Made by a program: the position numbers and the translations under genes
Assembly (NCBI RefSeq): GCF_021869535.1
Contig: NW_026262593.1
Location: 16,926,001 to 16,990,000 of the forward strand
Reading direction: 5' to 3'
Length of the DNA stretch: 64,000 bases
From: Mytilus californianus
Taxonomy: Eukaryota
Part shown: positions 14,141 to 26,785 of the stretch, in pieces
How positions within the stretch are numbered: position 1 is the stretch's first letter
Layout: each line of letters starts with the position of its first letter
The notes under the pieces: generated by a model
What the model was told of the DNA's origin: nothing
The model's input: only the letters and a program-made list of their open reading frames with translations
The model's database searches: none

Positions 14141-14489
14141 TAAAGCGGGTTTAAACATGTCTGTACAATAACACTCTAGAGAAGTTTTTTAAACAGGTCG
14201 GCACTAAACAACAAACGAAACAATACAAAAAAAAAACGACAAAAGACACAAACTACTGATCTAAGAGTACCCACAATAAATTAAAAAAAAGAGGGAAAAG
14301 ATACTTCAAAGCTTAATACCAATCTTAAATACTCCATGTCCTCCAAGACTAATATGTCGATCAGTTCACATTCAATGAATTTAGTAAGCTGTCAGAGAAA
14401 GGCATGGCCTTGTGCAATGTGAACATATAAGTATCCACAGAATGTAGGACCATAACTGTTACATATATACCTATAGCACAAAAAACCTG

Positions 14490-14860
14490 GGGTAGTCCCG
14501 AAGGGTAAGCAAGCCCTGCTTTAGTAGCGACACTACGACGGGTTGCTCATGACAAGTAAAAATTTCGTCTCAAGTCGCATTCAGTGATGTCAAAATTGAA
14601 GAAAGGAGGACGGCATTGTGGTTACGACAGAGTTTCCAGAGCGGTTAATTAAAACCATGATGGCGTCCGTAAAACATTTGAAAGGACGGCTTCAGTTTTG
14701 CCATTAGCAACCCTTGGTTCAATACCTTTCTTGTGAAGTAAATGGATAGTGCTAGCTTCTCTTCGTTCTTCCTGAGAGGCTCCTGTATTAATTTTGCCTC
14801 ATATGAATTAAGGGACAAGTCAAAAATAAGGGGAGCATAGTTGGTTTCCATATGAATTAT
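14490..14860 (-). mobile_element. Internally deleted Naiad-type PLE fragment
   Basis: METNYAPLIFDLSLNSYEAKLIQEPLRK (degenerate MGTNCAPLLADLFLYSYE) is fused to RKVLNQG..AKLK..FYGRHH and followed by 3'-end-like sequence. Confidence 0.7.
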
Positions 14861-15382
14861 GATTGTCTAGTACGAAGATATTTTATTAAATTGAATTCAT
14901 TTTAAACATATTTTATTTGCGTAAACACAAATCGTATGAAGGTACACATAAATTGTCAAAAATAAATTAATGTTAGCAGACCCTTTCGACGTCTAAAAGG
15001 ATGACACATTGAACCGATGATACAATGATACTGCTCTTTAAGTTTCTTATGGAATGCCACAGCTGTCTTATGTGGAACTCTGATATAACGTTATGTTGTT
15101 CTATTATTACTTGATGCTAGTTTGTCTTTACATAATATGGTTTTGACATTACGTAATGATGTTTTGATATAACTCAATATGGAATAGTCATTACATAATG
15201 ATATTTCTATATAATGATATGGTTTCGTATTGACTTGATATAGTTTTGTCATTACTTAATATGGTTCTGTCATTACTCGATGTGGTGTCATCGTAATTTA
15301 ATGTGGTTATGTCATTATGCAATGTGGTTTTAACATTACTTGATGTGTGTATGTGACATAATGTAATGTAGTTGTTTCATTA

Positions 15383-17234
15383 CACTACAAACCATTAAAA
15401 GTCTGAAATGGCCTATATCTGTACTCGACTGTACTGATTTTTACTCGACCAGTCTGAATTGGTCTGAATTTTACTTGACATTACTCGACCCCAGTCTTAA
15501 CCATACTCGACCGTACTGCTTTGTACTTGACCCTTATCTTTGCCATTGAAAATAGTCTGAACTATTACTCGACCAGTCTGAAACAGTCTTAACCCATTCT
15601 CGACCTGTACTCGACCTATTTTTTCAGTCTAAACCATACTCGACCAAAGGTCTGAACATTACTCGACCAGTCTGAACCATACTTGACCAAATAACCTCTA
15701 CTTTTTTTTAATTTTAGCTGTTAAAATTAATTTCTTTTTTTCTGACATGATAACAGCCACAATAAAATAAAGATATATATAAAAACATATTTTTACATCC
15801 TTACATGGTTCTCAGATTTATCAAATAGAGATAGTTTTTTAAACTTAATTTTCCTAAATTCCTAAAGAAAAACTACATAGGATTTATGGTTACATACAAT
15901 AGTTATATAATTATCTTTTTAATGAGTTAACAACAGCCAAAAAATCACTGAAATTGTTTAACCTTATATTAGAACTATATCTATTCTTATTATAATTTGG
16001 GATATATTATATATAATATATATCAAAAAGGGATAAAAAAGTTAAAGAAATAAATAAAAAAAAATTCTGAATAGTGGTAAAGTATAAAGTAATACCTCCT
16101 GCTTGGGGCAAACTCATTAAAGAGATCACACCTGGTCAGAGAGAATTAATTTCTAATTAACATTCAGTAAAAATTGCAACATCCTGTAAAACTTAAATCG
16201 CAAGGCCTTTTGAATTCACTAGATAAGTAATACACGAGTTTAAGAAAAATAGGGCTTTTTTTTTACCTGTAAAACACACATGTACTGAGGTAATTAAACC
16301 TTATTAAAGTTCTTCTTGTATGCCATGTCTTTAATTTTGACAGAAGTTATCTAAATTTAATTGAAATAAATTTTTTCTGCTACTTTGGAACACATTTCCT
16401 TTTTTAAATGGTTATCAAGGATTGTTACGAAAGTTTTATTATCATGATTATATTAAATTCTTGGTTTTACAAAACAAAGGTGTGATCTTTTAAATTTATT
16501 AAGTTGCTTTATATACTATTCTAAATATATTTTAATAAAAAAAAATGTTCACTGCATTATTAACTAAACTCAACTGACACCATAAATCTATACAAGGCTT
16601 AAGTAAATGGTGAAAATTGTCCAGTAACCATAAAATATATCTGAAACATTCAAAAAATTTTGAATAACATTGAAAATATTAGTCACAATTCAGTTTTGAG
16701 ATTATTGGAACAGCTTGTTTTATTTTAATTTTAAAGTGAGATATATATATGTAAGTGTTGATGAATATGGTGTTGAATTTATATTATGTTTATTGTGAAA
16801 TTTTGGTTTCAATGCCATATTGAATACATTTTAAATTTCAAATTGTTGTACAAATTTCTAGCCAGGGGAAATAGCTGTTAAAAACAGTTCCTAAATTGAT
16901 GAAATACAATAGATAGATACAAAAAATATGTCTAGGTTGGTTGAGACTTGGTCGAGTATGGTTCAGACTAGGTCAAGTATGGTTCAGACTAGGTCGAGTA
17001 TGGTTCAGACTAGGTCGAGTATGGTTCAGACTAGGTCGAGCATGGCTCACACGCAAATAAAATGGTTAAGTACTGGTCGAGTGTGGTCGAGTACAAGTTC
17101 AGACTGTTAAGTATGGTTCAGACTACATTCGAGTATAATCAAGTAAATTTCAGACCAATTCAGACTGGTCGAGTAAAAATCAGTACAGTCGAGTACAAAT
17201 ATAGGCCATTTCAGACTTTCAATGGTTTGTAGTG
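15383..17234. mobile_element. Non-autonomous CACTA (CMC/EnSpm-like) DNA transposon, 1852 bp
   Basis: Termini CACTACAA...TTGTAGTG, TIRs of about 96 bp with 3 mismatches, about 10 TACTCGACC subterminal repeats per end, and a TTA 3-bp TSD. The empty site is visible in the paralogous arm at about 20075-20100. No transposase ORF. Confidence 0.9.
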
Positions 17235-17971
17235 TTACATGATGTGGTTTAAATTGTTATTTTCGTAATGATGATTTGCCAATTCTTTATATGGCTTTAA
17301 CATTACGTAATGATGTTTCAAAATTTGACGATTTTACACTACATGATGTGTTTGTTTCAGTATTTGATGTGTTCATGTCATTCTTTGATGCGGTTATCCC
17401 ATTACTACTACGAGGTAAAATCACGTGACCATTTTCGAAAAAATATGTTCAATTTTAGACCGATTTCCATATGTCGTTTGTGTAATGCGCTTTGAATGAG
17501 TACCGCTATTCATTAAGTTAAAGTTCAAATTAAAGTTCAAGTTGTTGTTCATAGTTATTTGGTATGAAAAAGGGAAACGACAGACAAAATTAAGAAAAAA
17601 AGTACTAAAACACGTACAGTAATTCGGACATAAGGGGATATTCCAAAACCACTTGCCGGTTTTTCCTTAGTTCTCAAATGGAAGCAGTATTACAATAAGT
17701 TCGTAAATGATTCCAAGGAACACTGCTTTATGTTGGTCGAAGAATAACTCCTATACAAGTTTTATAACAATTCATGGAGGTTTACAAATTTATCATGTCA
17801 AAATAGTTTAATTCGGTAATATTCAATGCAAAAAAACCCCTTATATAGAAATAAAAAAAAATGTGGTATGATTGCCAATGAGACAACTCTCAACCACATA
17901 CCAAATGACGTAGAAGTTAACATATATGTGTGACTGTATGGTCTTTAAGAATGAGCAAAATTCAAAGCAGC

Positions 17972-18545
17972 AAAGCATCAATTCTATAAAATAAGAATTC
18001 TCCGGGTTTTTTTTAGCGTGTATGTTCATTTGAACATATGAATATTAAACTTTTTTTTTTATTAATTGCAGTTTCTGATATACCACGCACTAATTGAAAA
18101 AAAACTTTTTGAAATATCTGTTTCACTGTTTCACAGGTGACGACGGATAGGTTCCAGTTGTCGTAACCACAATCCCGTCATCTTTTCCTCGAATGTAAAC
18201 TACCAAATAAAACCAAATCACTGGGTTTGTACTTTCACGAATAACACGACGGGTGCCACAAAGCATCAATTCTATAAAATAAGAAATAACAGGGTTTTTT
18301 TAGCGTTTATGTTCATTTGAACATATGAATATTAAACTTTTTTTTTTATTAATTGCAGTTTCTGATATACCACGCACTAATTGAAAAAAACTTTTTCAAA
18401 TATCTGTTTCACAGTTTCACAGGTGACGACGGATAGGTTCCAGTTGTCGTAACCAAAATCCCGTCATCTTTTCCTCGAATGTAAACAACCAAATAAAACC
18501 AAATCACTGGGTTTGTACTTTCACGAATAACACGACGGGTTCCAC
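17972..18545 (+). repeat. 288-bp direct tandem duplication including a Naiad 3' fragment
   Basis: 17972-18259 is nearly identical to 18260-18545. Confidence 0.9.
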
Positions 18546-20780
18546 AAGTTAAGCAGAATCCGCTTACCCTTCCAAAGCACCAGAGATCACGCTGATGGAT
18601 TTATGTTATCCAGTCATACTGATCTATTGAGTTGAGCCAATCAAAACTGTCTTTGCATTTTCTTCTTATACTGTGCTATTATACACTAGGTAAGGTTAGG
18701 GTTTAGCGCTTACATAAATGTTAAACTCCGCCGCGTGTACTTTCTTTAAATGCCTGCCCCAAGTCAGGAGCCTGTAGTTCAATGGTTGTCGTTGTTTCAT
18801 GTGTGTCATATTTGTTTTTTTGTAGATTGTTTAGCTATAAACTAGACCATTCGTTTTCTCGTTTGAATTGCTTCACATTTTCACGTTGTGGTCTTTTGTG
18901 GCCAACTATACGGTGTGTTGAAGGCTGTTAGGTTGCCTATGATTGCTTGCATCTACTGCATTTAAACTATGGTGGATAATTTTCTCATTGGCAATCACAC
19001 CACATCTAACTATATTTCAATTTCTATGTTGTGTTTTGTATGCTGTAAAATTGTTTATCTTTTGTACGCATACCTACCCCTGAACCCTCTTTTCGGAAGC
19101 TCGAGCAAAAGCCCTTGATCCGCGATAAAAAAAAATAGAACTCATATTAGATAACTCGAATTTTAACTCTTAATCTTAATCTTAATGAGACTCAAATAAG
19201 GGTTCACCTCGAACTCTACGTCAAAAGGTGACTCAAATTTAAAGTTGAAGTCCAATTGTAATTCGGAACTCTATCTTTAAATGTGACTCAAACTCGAAGT
19301 TCAACTCGAAATTTGGTATGTGATTGAGAGTTGTCTCATTGGCAATCATACCACATTTCTTTATTTCTATATAAGGTTTTTTTAATGCATTAAATATTAC
19401 CGAATTAAACTGTTTTGACATGATAAATTTGTAAACCTACATGAATTGTTATAAAACTTGTATAGGAGTTATTCTTCAAGATCAAAATAAAAGCATCTAC
19501 AGAAAAACATGTTTTCCTCCGTTAAGTGTACCGGTTAATGTACAGTCAGTCAACATTACGCTTTTACACTGACAGCAGAATTATCCGGCGAGACACAGGG
19601 TTAATAAGAATCTTTAATTTATTTATTAATTTACAGCTTCCATTTGAGAACTAAGGAAAAAACGGCAGGACCAAATGGTTTGGGTTATGTCCGAATTACT
19701 GTTAATTTTTTAGTACTTTTTTTCTTATTTTTGTCTGTCGTTCCTCTTTTTCATACCAAATAACTCTGAACAACAACTTGAACTTTAATTTGAACTTTAA
19801 CTTAATGGATAGCGGTACTCATCCAAAGCGCATTACACAGACGACATATGGATATCGGTCTAAAAATAGAACATATTTTTTCCGAAATGGTCACGTGGTT
19901 TTACCTCATCAAGTATGATGGGATAACCACATTAGAGAATGACGGAACCACATCAAAATAATACTGAAACAAACACATCATGTAGTGTAAAATCGTCAAA
20001 TTTTGAAACATCATTACGTAATGTTAAAGCCATATAAAGAATTGGCAAATCATCATTACGAAATAACAAAACCACATCATGTAATGAAACAACTACATTA
20101 CGTTAAGTCACATACACATCAAGTAATGTTAAAACCACACTGCCTAATAACACAACCACATTAAATAATGGTGAAACCACATCGAGTAATGACAAAACCA
20201 TATTAAGTCATGACAAAACTATATCAAGTCAATGCGAAACCATATCATGTAATATCGGAACATCATTAAGTAATGACTCTTCCATATTGAGTTATATCAA
20301 AACATCATTACGTAATGTCAAAATCATATTATGTAAAGACAAACTATCATCAAGTAATAATAGAACAACATAACGTAATATCAGAGTTCCACATAAGACA
20401 GCTGTGTCGTTCCATAGTTTCTGGCATATTTCAGTTTGATGAGTGATGGATGTGACAATGCATCACGTGGTTTAGCATGCTTACACAAAGCTTGACATCA
20501 AATTTCAGAACGATCTTATCCGTAATTCATGAGAAAAATGCGACGAGTCGTTCATGCATTACATTGGTCATGTCAAGTAAGAATCATGATATTTAAAAGT
20601 ATCATATTGATACTAATTCAAAAGTAGACTGTACCATATCTTCTTATATTATATATTCAAATCGCATGAAATTAATTGAAAACAAAATGTTAAATATACA
20701 TCAAATTAAATGTCTATGTAAATGTTGATCCAATTATATGTATTTATCTTATGTAGTGTTTGAAGAACAGTTATATATAC

Positions 20781-21440
20781 AAATAAGGAGATGTTGTATG
20801 ATTGCCAAGGAGACAACTATCCATCAAAGTTCAAATAAAGTGGATGTAAGCAATTATAGGCAAAAGTATGGCCTTCAACAACGAGAAGATCCCGTATAGT
20901 CGGCTATAAAAGGCTCCGACATGAAAAATCTTAAACAATTCAATTCAGAAAACTAACGGCCTAATGGACAACAAAAAAATTTAAGAAAAACAAATATGAA
21001 AGACATGAACCAACGACAACCACTGAACTACAGGCTCCTGACTTGGGACAGACACATACATTATGTGGCGGGGTTGAACATTTTTGTGAGAGCCCCCCCC
21101 TCGGTCGCACTCCCTAACCTGGGGCAGTGCAAGATGTTACAGCACAATATAAGAACAAACTGTAAAAATCGTTTGCAATCAGAAGGACTAAAATGTCTGT
21201 ACGAGGCACAAAAACAACTTACATAAAAACAATAAACACAACGCACCAAAATAAGAGTACTTGCAGTTATTGAAAACTAGTTCATAGCTAATTACAACTA
21301 ATAAATATATCATGTTATCCCAGACTAAAGTATCAATGATTAAACATCCAACGGATTTAGTGTAAAGACTTTATAAACAGTCTGAGAAATGCATGACCTT
21401 ATGCAATGCCAAAATATAAGTAAACAGTATCGACAGGATG
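20781..21440 (-). repeat. Interspersed repeat family C (relative of family A)
   Basis: Terminus GATGTGGTATGATTGCCAATGAGACAACT-like. Related copies at about 17845-17960, 18690-19016, 19312-19372, 46114-46495, 56960-57310 and 61525-61612. Confidence 0.8.
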
Positions 21441-22203
21441 TAGGATCATGAGTTCTCATAACTGTACATATAAAGCAGTATATATTTAGTTATGTTTTAG
21501 ATATGTCTTTTCCTAATTTTCTTATAAGCCTTGGCATTTTCTGTTCTTCGACGACTTGTGATTTGTATTCCTCCCTATAGAAATATAATTAAAAACATTC
21601 ACGTGTAGTTTTCGATACTTTCACCCAGACCCGATAAACCTGTTATTTGCAGCTTCAATTCAAGAGAGAAAAATGGCATGCCAGTCATAATCACGTGCAA
21701 TGTTTCTGATATATGTCATTTTAACCTTCATTATACATTCCTCTGTTTTTAGTTTACATGATGTTAAGCAGTCGGGCCTTTGAATTATTATTAAACCCCA
21801 ATTAGGATACTGCGAAATCAAGGTACACAACCAATTAACCTTATGGAAAAAATACCGGGCAAAAAAACACGTATACGATATGTTTGCTTATTTACATGTA
21901 TTGCAACTATGTTATACATGAATGTAGTATGATTTCCTATTTTTACTAGATGAAGCCGAAGGCGTTGTTTTGTTTTCAAAAATAATTCAGAGGATAGGAT
22001 TTTTAAGGGCATTGCAACTTCAATCATATTCATTTCTATATAAAAATACTTTTGGAAAGTGTAATAAACTGCTTGGTTTGTTAATTTTATGGATTTGTTT
22101 TCCTTTTTGTATGTGCTTGACTTCCTGGCTGCTTGGCAGGTTGTGACTATTTGAACTATACTTTATTAAAAAAAAATAGACATTGTCTTGTTATAATTAT
22201 TTG

Positions 22204-22425
22204 TACCACAATGTATTGGATTGCTCCACAGTATTATATCTTGTTCCACAATGTTATGTGTTGTTCCACAATGTTATGGAATGTTCCACAATGTTATGTC
22301 TTGTTCCACAATGTAATGTGTTGTTCCACAATGTTAAAGATTGTTCCACAATGTTAAAGATTGTTCCTTAATGTTATGGATTGCTCCACTGTGTTATTGA
22401 TTGTTCCACAATGTTATGGATTGCT
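22204..22425. repeat. Minisatellite, 21 bp unit, about 10 copies
   Basis: Unit TTGTTCCACAATGTTATGGA(T)-like. Confidence 0.9.
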
Positions 22426-23390
22426 CCTCAATATTATTCAAAACTATATAGATACACAGCTGGACGCCTCACGTCATTTGTGCCTTGTTACGTTTGTTCA
22501 TGTCGTTGTTTTTCTAAGATTAACTGTTTCCGGTTGCGTCTTTTGTAATAATGACTGAGTCGGATTTTTAACACTCCAGCTCACAAGATTATCCGCACGA
22601 AGTTATTTTTCCAAGTCCACAAATCTCTGCTTTCTTTCCCAAATGTTGCATGTTTGATACTTGGTTCAAGTACAGTCATTTTTAAACAAATTAAATATTT
22701 TGGAGAACAAAGTTTCAACTCTCAAAACTGAAATATCAATTTTTATTCATAATATGCAGGCGTTTATCTCATTGTGGTCTATCGCCTTGTAAGCAACCAT
22801 TGTTCAATTGAGCACAGTATTATCTGTAAAACCTTTATAATTACTAGTATATCAATCACTGGAGAATTTTAATTAACGGTCATCAGACCGTTTTTATTTA
22901 CACAGGAGCTAATTACTTGGTTTTTGTTTGTTTACACTGTGTACAATGACCAAAGTAAATAATATCTGTTTTCCTTTTAAGTGCAAGCATCTGGCATGGT
23001 TACACGTATTTCAGGTCAATGGTTAGTGGCGACCTTTAATCAGTTGTCATGTTAGCAGTTTTCAGTTTCCGAAAGAACAATCAAATGATATAAAATATGT
23101 AACACTATACTAGATAAATATTTAGTTATATAAATTGTTATCATATTTCGGTCATGTCTAAGTAAGGACAATAGCACCACGATTCATTTACGAAGAAGAC
23201 ATATTTCTTTTCATAACTGTTTCACATTTTTAAGAATGATTACTGGTGGTTAAAATTCACTATGTTGAAGAGAGGCGGAAGATACCAAAATCATAAGTGA
23301 AGATAAACTGACAACGCCATGGCAAAAAACAAAAAATGGACCAAATGACAAACAACAGTCTAAAAAACTCAAAACAGAAAACTAAAGCCT

Positions 23391-25497
23391 GAGCAACACT
23401 TAACTCCACCAAAACCAGGGTGATATCAGTTCCCAAAGAGTAAGCATGAGCAACACTAACTCCACCAAAAACCAGGGTGATATCAGTTCCCGAAGAGTAA
23501 GCATGAGCAACACTAACTCCACCAAAACCAGAGTGATATCAGTTCCCGAAGAGTAAGCATGAGCAACACTAACTCCACCAAAACCAGGGTGATATCAGTT
23601 CCCGAAGAGTAAGCATGAGCAACACTAACTCCACCAAAACCAGGGTGATATTCCCGAAGAGTAAGCATGAGCAACACTAACTCCACCAAAAACCAGGGTG
23701 ATATCAGTTCCGGAAGAGTAAGCATGAGCAACACTAACTCCACCAAAACCAGGGTGATATCAGTTCCGGAAGAGTAAGCATATGCAACACTAACTCCACC
23801 AAAACCAGGGTGATATCAGTTCCCGAAATGTAAGCCTGAGAAACACTAACTCCACCAAAACAAGGGTGAAATCAGTTCCCGAAGAGTAAGCCTGAGCAAC
23901 ACTAACTCCACCAAAACCAGGGTGATATCAGTTCCCGAAGAGTAAGCATGAGCAACACTAACTCCACCAAAACCAGGGTGATATCAGTTCCGGAAGAGTA
24001 AGCCTGAGCAACACAAACTCCACCAAAACCGGGGTGATATCAGTTCCGGAAGAGTAAGCATGAGCAACACTAACTCCACCAAAACCAGGGTGATATCAGT
24101 TCCCGAAGAGTAAGCATGAGCAACACTAACTCCACCAAAACCAGGGTGATATCAGTTCCCGAAGAGTAAGCCTGAGCAACACTAACTCCACCAAAACCAG
24201 GGTGATATCAGTTTCGGAAGAGTAAGCCAGAGCAACACTAACTCCACCAAAACCAGGGTGATATCAGTTCCCGAAGAGTAAGCATGAGCAACACTAACTC
24301 CACCAAAAACCAGGGTGATATCAGTTCCGGAAGAGTATGCATGAGCAACAATAACTCCACCAAAACCAGGGTGATATCAGTTCCGGAAGAGTAAGCATGA
24401 GCAACACTAACTCCACCAAAAAACAGGGTGATATCAGTTCCGGAAGAGTAAGCATGAGCAACACTAACTCCACCAAAACCAGGGTGATATCAGTTCCGGA
24501 AGAGTAAGCATGAGCAACACTAACTCCACCAAAAACCAGGGTGATATCAGTTCCGGAAGAGTAAGCATGAGCAACACTAACTCCACCAAAACCAGGGTGA
24601 TATCAGTTCCGGAAGAGTAAGCATGAGCAACACTAACTCCACCAAAACCAGGGTGATATCAGTTCCGGAAGAGTAAGCATGAGCAACAATAACTCCACCA
24701 AAAACAGGGTGATACCAGTTCCCGAAGAGTAAGCATGAGCAACACTAACTCCACCAAAACCAGGGTGATATCAGTTCCGGAAGAGTAAGCATGAGCAACA
24801 CTAACTCCACCAAAAACCAGGGTGATATCAGTTCCGGAAGAGTAAGCATGAGCAACACTAACTCCACCAAAACCAGGGTGATATCAGTTCCCGAAGAGTA
24901 AGCATGAGCAACACTAACTCCACCAAAACCAGGGTGATATCAGTTCCGGAAAAGTAAGCATGAGCAACACTAACTCCACCAAAACCAGGGTGATATCAGT
25001 TCCGGAAGAGTAAGCCTGAGCAACACTAACTCCAACAAAACCAGGGTGATATCAGTTCCGGAAGAGTAAGCAGGGTGATATCAGTTCCCGAAGAGTAAGC
25101 CTGAGCAACACTAAATCCACCAAAACCAGGGTGATATCAGTTCCCGAAGAGTAAGCCTGATCAACACTAACTCCACCAAAACCAGGTTGATATCAGTTCC
25201 GGAAGAGTAAGCATGAACAACACTAACTCTACCAAAACCAGGGTGATATCAGTTCCGGAAGAGTAAGCATGAGCAACACTTACTCCAACAAAACCAGGGT
25301 GATATCAGTTCCGGAAGAGTAAGCATGAGCAACACTAACTCCACCAAAAACCAGGGTGATATCAGTTCCGGAAGAGTAAGCATGAGCAACACTAACTCCA
25401 CCAAAACCAGGGTGATATCAGTTCCGGAAGAGTAAGCATGAGCAACACTAACTCCACCAAAAACAGGGTGATATCAGTTCCGGAGGAGTAAGCATGT
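23391..25497. repeat. Tandem array, 56-57 bp unit, about 37 copies
   Basis: Unit GAGCAACACTAACTCCACCAAAACCAGGGTGATATCAGTTCC(C/G)GAAGAGTAAGCAT; highly homogeneous. Confidence 0.97.
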
Positions 25498-25609
25498 GGC
25501 ACATGTAAGTAAAATTCAGTGATAACTCTAGTACGATGTAACAATGTGATTACGACCAGGGTGACATCAGTTCTGGAAGAGTAAGTATGTGGCACATGTA
25601 AGTAAAAGT

Positions 25610-25863
25610 CGAATATATCCGTCGTCATTTGTTATCTGAGAACGGGATTGTGATTACGACAATTCCAATTCGAACATATCCGTCGTCATTTGTTATCTGA
25701 GAACGGTATTGTGATTACGACAATTCGAACATATCCGTCGTCATTTGTTATCTGAGAACGGGATTGTGATTACGACAATTCGAACATATCCGTCTTCATT
25801 TGTTATCTGAGAACGGGAATGTGATTACGACAATTTGAACATATCCGTCGTCATTTGTTATCT
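25610..25863. repeat. Tandem array, 55 bp unit, about 4.5 copies
   Basis: Unit CGAACATATCCGTCGTCATTTGTTATCTGAGAACGGGATTGTGATTACGACAATT. Confidence 0.93.
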
Positions 25864-26416
25864 ATAGATCGTCAATATGAGTTTGTTTTGTGTCATGTTG
25901 GGTTGCTGTCTCATTGACGTAAATTCCATATATTTTTTTATTGATATCTTAACTTGAAAGTTACTCCGACAAGTTCATGGCAAAATTCGCCTAAACATCG
26001 TCATTTTGCAAGTTCTTCGATCACCTTCTTAAATCACTAGTGACATTTTAAAATCTGTCCTAGTTACCACTTAATGGCAAATGTTAAACAATCCAAACGA
26101 AAAAACTAACAGACCCTTCTTCTAACCTGGGACAATGGTGTAACAGTACAACATAACAAGAAGCTATAAAAATCATTTGAAAAGGGCTTAACTCATCAGA
26201 TCGATATAAAGCACACACAAACTATTAAAAACACAAATGACACAGAATACAGACCTGAGAGTACTCGAAGTTACTGACATGTATTAAAGACTAAACTATT
26301 AATCAGTACACATCCAACATCCAATGGATTTAGTGTTAAAATTTCATTAACAGTCAGAAAAAAACATGACCTTGTGAAATGCCAAAATATAGGTATCGAC
26401 AAATTGTAGGACCTGT

Positions 26417-26785
26417 ATAAAATTGAGAATGGAAATGGGGAATGTGTCAAAGAGACAACAACCCGACCAAAGAGCAGAAAACAGCTGAGGGCCACCAATG
26501 GGTCTTCAACACAGCGAAAAAACCCGCACCCGGAGGCGGGTTTCAGCTGGCCCCTAAACAAAAATGTACTAGTTCAATGAAAATGGACGTCACACTAAAC
26601 TCCAAAACATATAAATAAACTAAAATTAAAAAACATACAAGATAAACAAGGGCCAGAGGCTCCTGACTTGGGACAGGCGCATAAATGCGGCGAGGTTAAA
26701 CATGTTTTGTGAGATCTCAACCCTCCCCTATACCTCAATCAATGTAGAATAAACAAACACACAGCAATTATACGCACAGTAAAAC
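26417..26785 (-). repeat. Interspersed repeat family B
   Basis: Reverse complement of 5170-5530. Confidence 0.88.

Larger units (their letters stand above)
15048..20417. repeat. Long inverted repeat pair (arms of about 780 bp: 15048-17685 interrupted by the CACTA, and 19636-20417)
   Basis: The reverse complement of 19636-20417 aligns with 15048-15382 plus 17235-17685. The arms contain degenerate subrepeats of about 21 bp (TGATGTGGTTTTGTCATTACT-like). Confidence 0.8.
23267..25863 (-). mobile_element. Naiad-type PLE 3' end with two internally amplified tandem arrays
   Basis: 23267-23390 is the terminal 3' part, 23391-25497 is a 56-57 bp array, and 25610-25863 is a 55-bp array. All three are collinear with the 41786-42190 copy. 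Confidence 0.75.

Noticed and set aside
12927-14158. Long Cys-rich minus-strand ORFs (up to 287 aa)
   Set aside because: They arise from a stop-poor 61/68-bp tandem repeat. The unit is not a multiple of 3, so the same peptides cycle through all frames, and the unit derives from an interspersed repeat.
16928-17110. SSMVQTR repeat peptide ORF
   Set aside because: It is the 21-bp subterminal tandem repeat of the CACTA element.
22133-22558. Cys-rich repeat ORFs
   Set aside because: They are translations of a 21-bp minisatellite.
23391-25497. CRISPR-like regular array and its ORFs (23513, 25392)
   Set aside because: The repeats are contiguous with no unique spacers, there are no cas genes, and the context is eukaryotic. 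It is a PLE-derived satellite.
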